Below are positions 59,001 through 64,000 of a stretch of DNA of 64,000 nt, one piece after another (the first letter of the stretch is position 1; every line of letters starts with the position of its first letter). The stretch comes from an uncultured delta proteobacterium (lineage in GTDB: Bacteria; Desulfobacterota; Desulfobacteria; Desulfobacterales; QNYZ01), in NCBI GenBank assembly GCA_963845145.1, contig CAWJQU010000008.1, forward strand, positions 480,001-544,000. Direction: 5' to 3'. The position numbers were made by a program, and so were the translations under genes. Below the pieces are notes generated by a model. That model saw only the letters and a program-made list of their open reading frames with translations, was not told the DNA's origin and did no database searches.

Positions 59001-59880
59001 CCGCTTCTATCGGGCGTTTCGAGAACGGAAAATCGAAGGAAAAATTCCTGCCGCACTGGGGTTAAACGCAGCCACCGATCTGAGCCTTTTGCTAAAATAT
59101 CTTTCGGGCCGATTACCCGTATCCGATTTTAAGATGGATTTTAATAAAGAGGGAACGGCCCGTAACATGGTTGACGCCCTTTATACCTGCCTGGGTGAGG
59201 CCATCAATGCCTTATCCCGACCCGTGGATGCCATCAAGCATCAGGCCAAGACGGTCACGGTGGGGACCAGCCGTATCACCGAACGCACGGATGGCATTCT
59301 TTTTGAAGCGCTCATGCGCCACGGGATCGGTATCGCCCGGCTGATCACTCGCAATGTTATCGTACTGCGAAACCTACAAGTCATTGTTCAGGGCATACAG
59401 GGAGCGATTTTATACCGCATCGGCGGTTTGACTTCTCTGGGAGAAGTAACGGCGCAAGCGACGATTGAAATCATGAAAAAAGAGGGTGTCCTGGCCCCGA
59501 TTCCTTCACGGGTGGAGACCGATACCCAGCTGAAGGGGACCAAACGAATCATCGTCAGCCAGGGAAATGTTTATATCGGTAAAGGACGAAAAGACGATCG
59601 CAGCATCATCGTGATTCCGGCCTTGTCCGATGAGCCCGGTGCCGGTCACACCGTCGGACAGCTACTATTACTCAATGTTACCTTCAAGGAAACCGTTCCC
59701 CTGCCGGCCAAGATCAAGGCCTTGGGGGGCAAATATGACCATATTAAAAATATCGTTCAGGAAAATAGCCTTCTGTGGACAGACGACCATCTGGACAAGG
59801 TTCCCATGGATGAATTGTTTGGCCGTTCAGCGGAAAAAATCGGGGATCTGCTCGTCTCTGAAATCAATGGGGGCAACTAG
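56096..59880 (+). CDS. Very large GlmS-like protein (GATase-2 domain, two SIS domains, extensions; 5' half split by indels)
   Basis: LEVRGRDSAG, AHTRWAS, NGDIDN, TDT, SQSGTTADT, VASTKAF, KLSELCY, AKTVTV. Confidence 0.85.
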
Positions 59881-59891
59881 GACTAGCCGTA

Positions 59892-61548
<1,657 letters not shown>

Positions 61549-61615
61549 TTATATGAGTGTCCTTAAAGTTTCAAACCGGCCCATTCGTTTAATCAGATCG
61601 TTGGTTGACTTGGGT

Positions 61616-62892
<1,277 letters not shown>

Positions 62893-63086
62893 GATACCCT
62901 CCTTTGAAAAATAGATTTTTTTGCAAAAACAGATGGGTTAAGCGTGTAACCATTACTCTGAACAGCTTGACAAAATCATCAAATCTGTTACCTTGCCTTA
63001 TTTTCATTGTCAAGTACGGATGTTCAGCCGACCTATCTGGCACCCGTGTATGGGTTCTTCATATTTCAATCAGGTTGAACGACAAG

Positions 63087-63497
63087 ATGAACCCCAAAAT
63101 CGATTTGTATTCCGATGCGCATCTTTTCGTAGCCGCCATCCGGGTCCTCAGCCACCGGGAGCAGAGCCCGCCCACTTTAGCGTCATGTCTGCCGGCATCT
63201 GGCCATCTCTTTGGAGCGAGGTGGTTACATCCATGCGACAACTGGAAAAAGAGGAAATCATCGAGATCGTCAAACAACCCCATGGTGATCGCTTGTTTGT
63301 TAAAGCCCACTGAATATCGAACATTTTAAGGACACGAACAGATACAAAGTGATCTGGATAAAGCCCTGTCCGAATTCAAATCCGAAAAACAGACTTTTTC
63401 AAAAAAATTGAATCGATTCAGGCGGACCAGGCCAAAAAGAAAAAGGATCTTTTTGCCAAGCTGAATAACCAATTAAAAGCGGGCCCTGGACAATTAA
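63087..63497 (+). CDS. Hypothetical protein (fragmented)
   Basis: MNPKIDLYSDAHLFVAAIRVL, then RQLEKEEIIEIV and a Lys-rich coiled tail in shifted frames. Confidence 0.5.
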
Positions 63498-63540
63498 AGG
63501 GCCAATTAAGAAAAGGGCATCCTTCGGACATCGCTGATCA

Positions 63541-64000
63541 ATGATAGACGGTAAAAACCAGGGAAGGTTTTTTATTTCATCTCCGACGCCCATCTCGGCC
63601 CCGATCTGCCCTACCCGATCACCGCGAGACATTGGCTGCATCGAATTCCTCAGTCGCATTCGGAGCGATGCCGCACAATTGTTTATCATCGGTGATCTGT
63701 TTGATTTCTGGATCGAATATCGCCGTATCATCCGCTCTGACTATTTCAAGATCTGAGTGTGCTTGCGGGTCTGATCGGTAAGGGTGTCAAGGTCGATTAT
63801 ATCGCCGGAAATCACGATTTTGCCTTGGGACCATTTTTAACAGACCAGATCGGAATCCAGGTGCACTGAGAATTCTCTGGCCATCAGCCCACAATGGAAC
63901 CCAATTATACGTTAACCCACGGGGACGGACTTATCAAGGCGGACAAAGGATATCGCCTGCTAAAAAAATGTTTAAGGCATCCAATCCTTCAGACCAGCTA
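63541..64000 (+). CDS. lpxH: UDP-2,3-diacylglucosamine hydrolase-like metallophosphoesterase (partial, runs off the window)
   Basis: FISDAHLG, GDLFDFWIEY, GNHDF, THGDG. Confidence 0.75.

Overview
Core-chromosome segment of a bacterium whose gene content and order point to Desulfobacterota, probably Desulfobacterales (inference, not a database result). Left to right: kdsA-kdsC-lptCAB-rpoN-hpf-ptsN-rapZ-PTS IIA, gap-tpiA-secG-tRNA-Leu, an acyl-CoA ligase and a class II aldolase, two nucleotide-sugar epimerases, a MoaD/ThiS protein, pilC-pilS, a DHH/CBS tRNA nucleotidyltransferase, trpS-scpA-scpB-tRNA-Val, tamB plus an Omp85 gene, ldcA-serine hydrolase-mreBCD-mrdA-rodA, tRNA-Pro and tRNA-Arg, ftsK, plsC, ferredoxin, a cysteine synthase/CysRS fusion, surE, lptD, a NusG paralog, an IHF/HU subunit, holB-PSP1-metG, a PBP, a giant GlmS-like gene, eno-pyrG and an lpxH-like gene. 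Many essential genes in about 1-9.6 kb, 15.6-16.7 kb and 45.7-64 kb are split by single-base indels. These are most likely long-read assembly errors rather than pseudogenes, so the coordinates of those genes are approximate. No integrase, transposase, CRISPR array or rRNA was found. Best leads: (1) a cysteine synthase fused in frame to a CysRS domain that has lost its KMSKS motif; (2) a tRNA-Val that supplies the stop codon of scpB; (3) a GlmS-like protein with an internal catalytic-type Cys and a long C-terminal extension; (4) hints of rearrangement at kdsA; (5) recurrent short tandem duplications.
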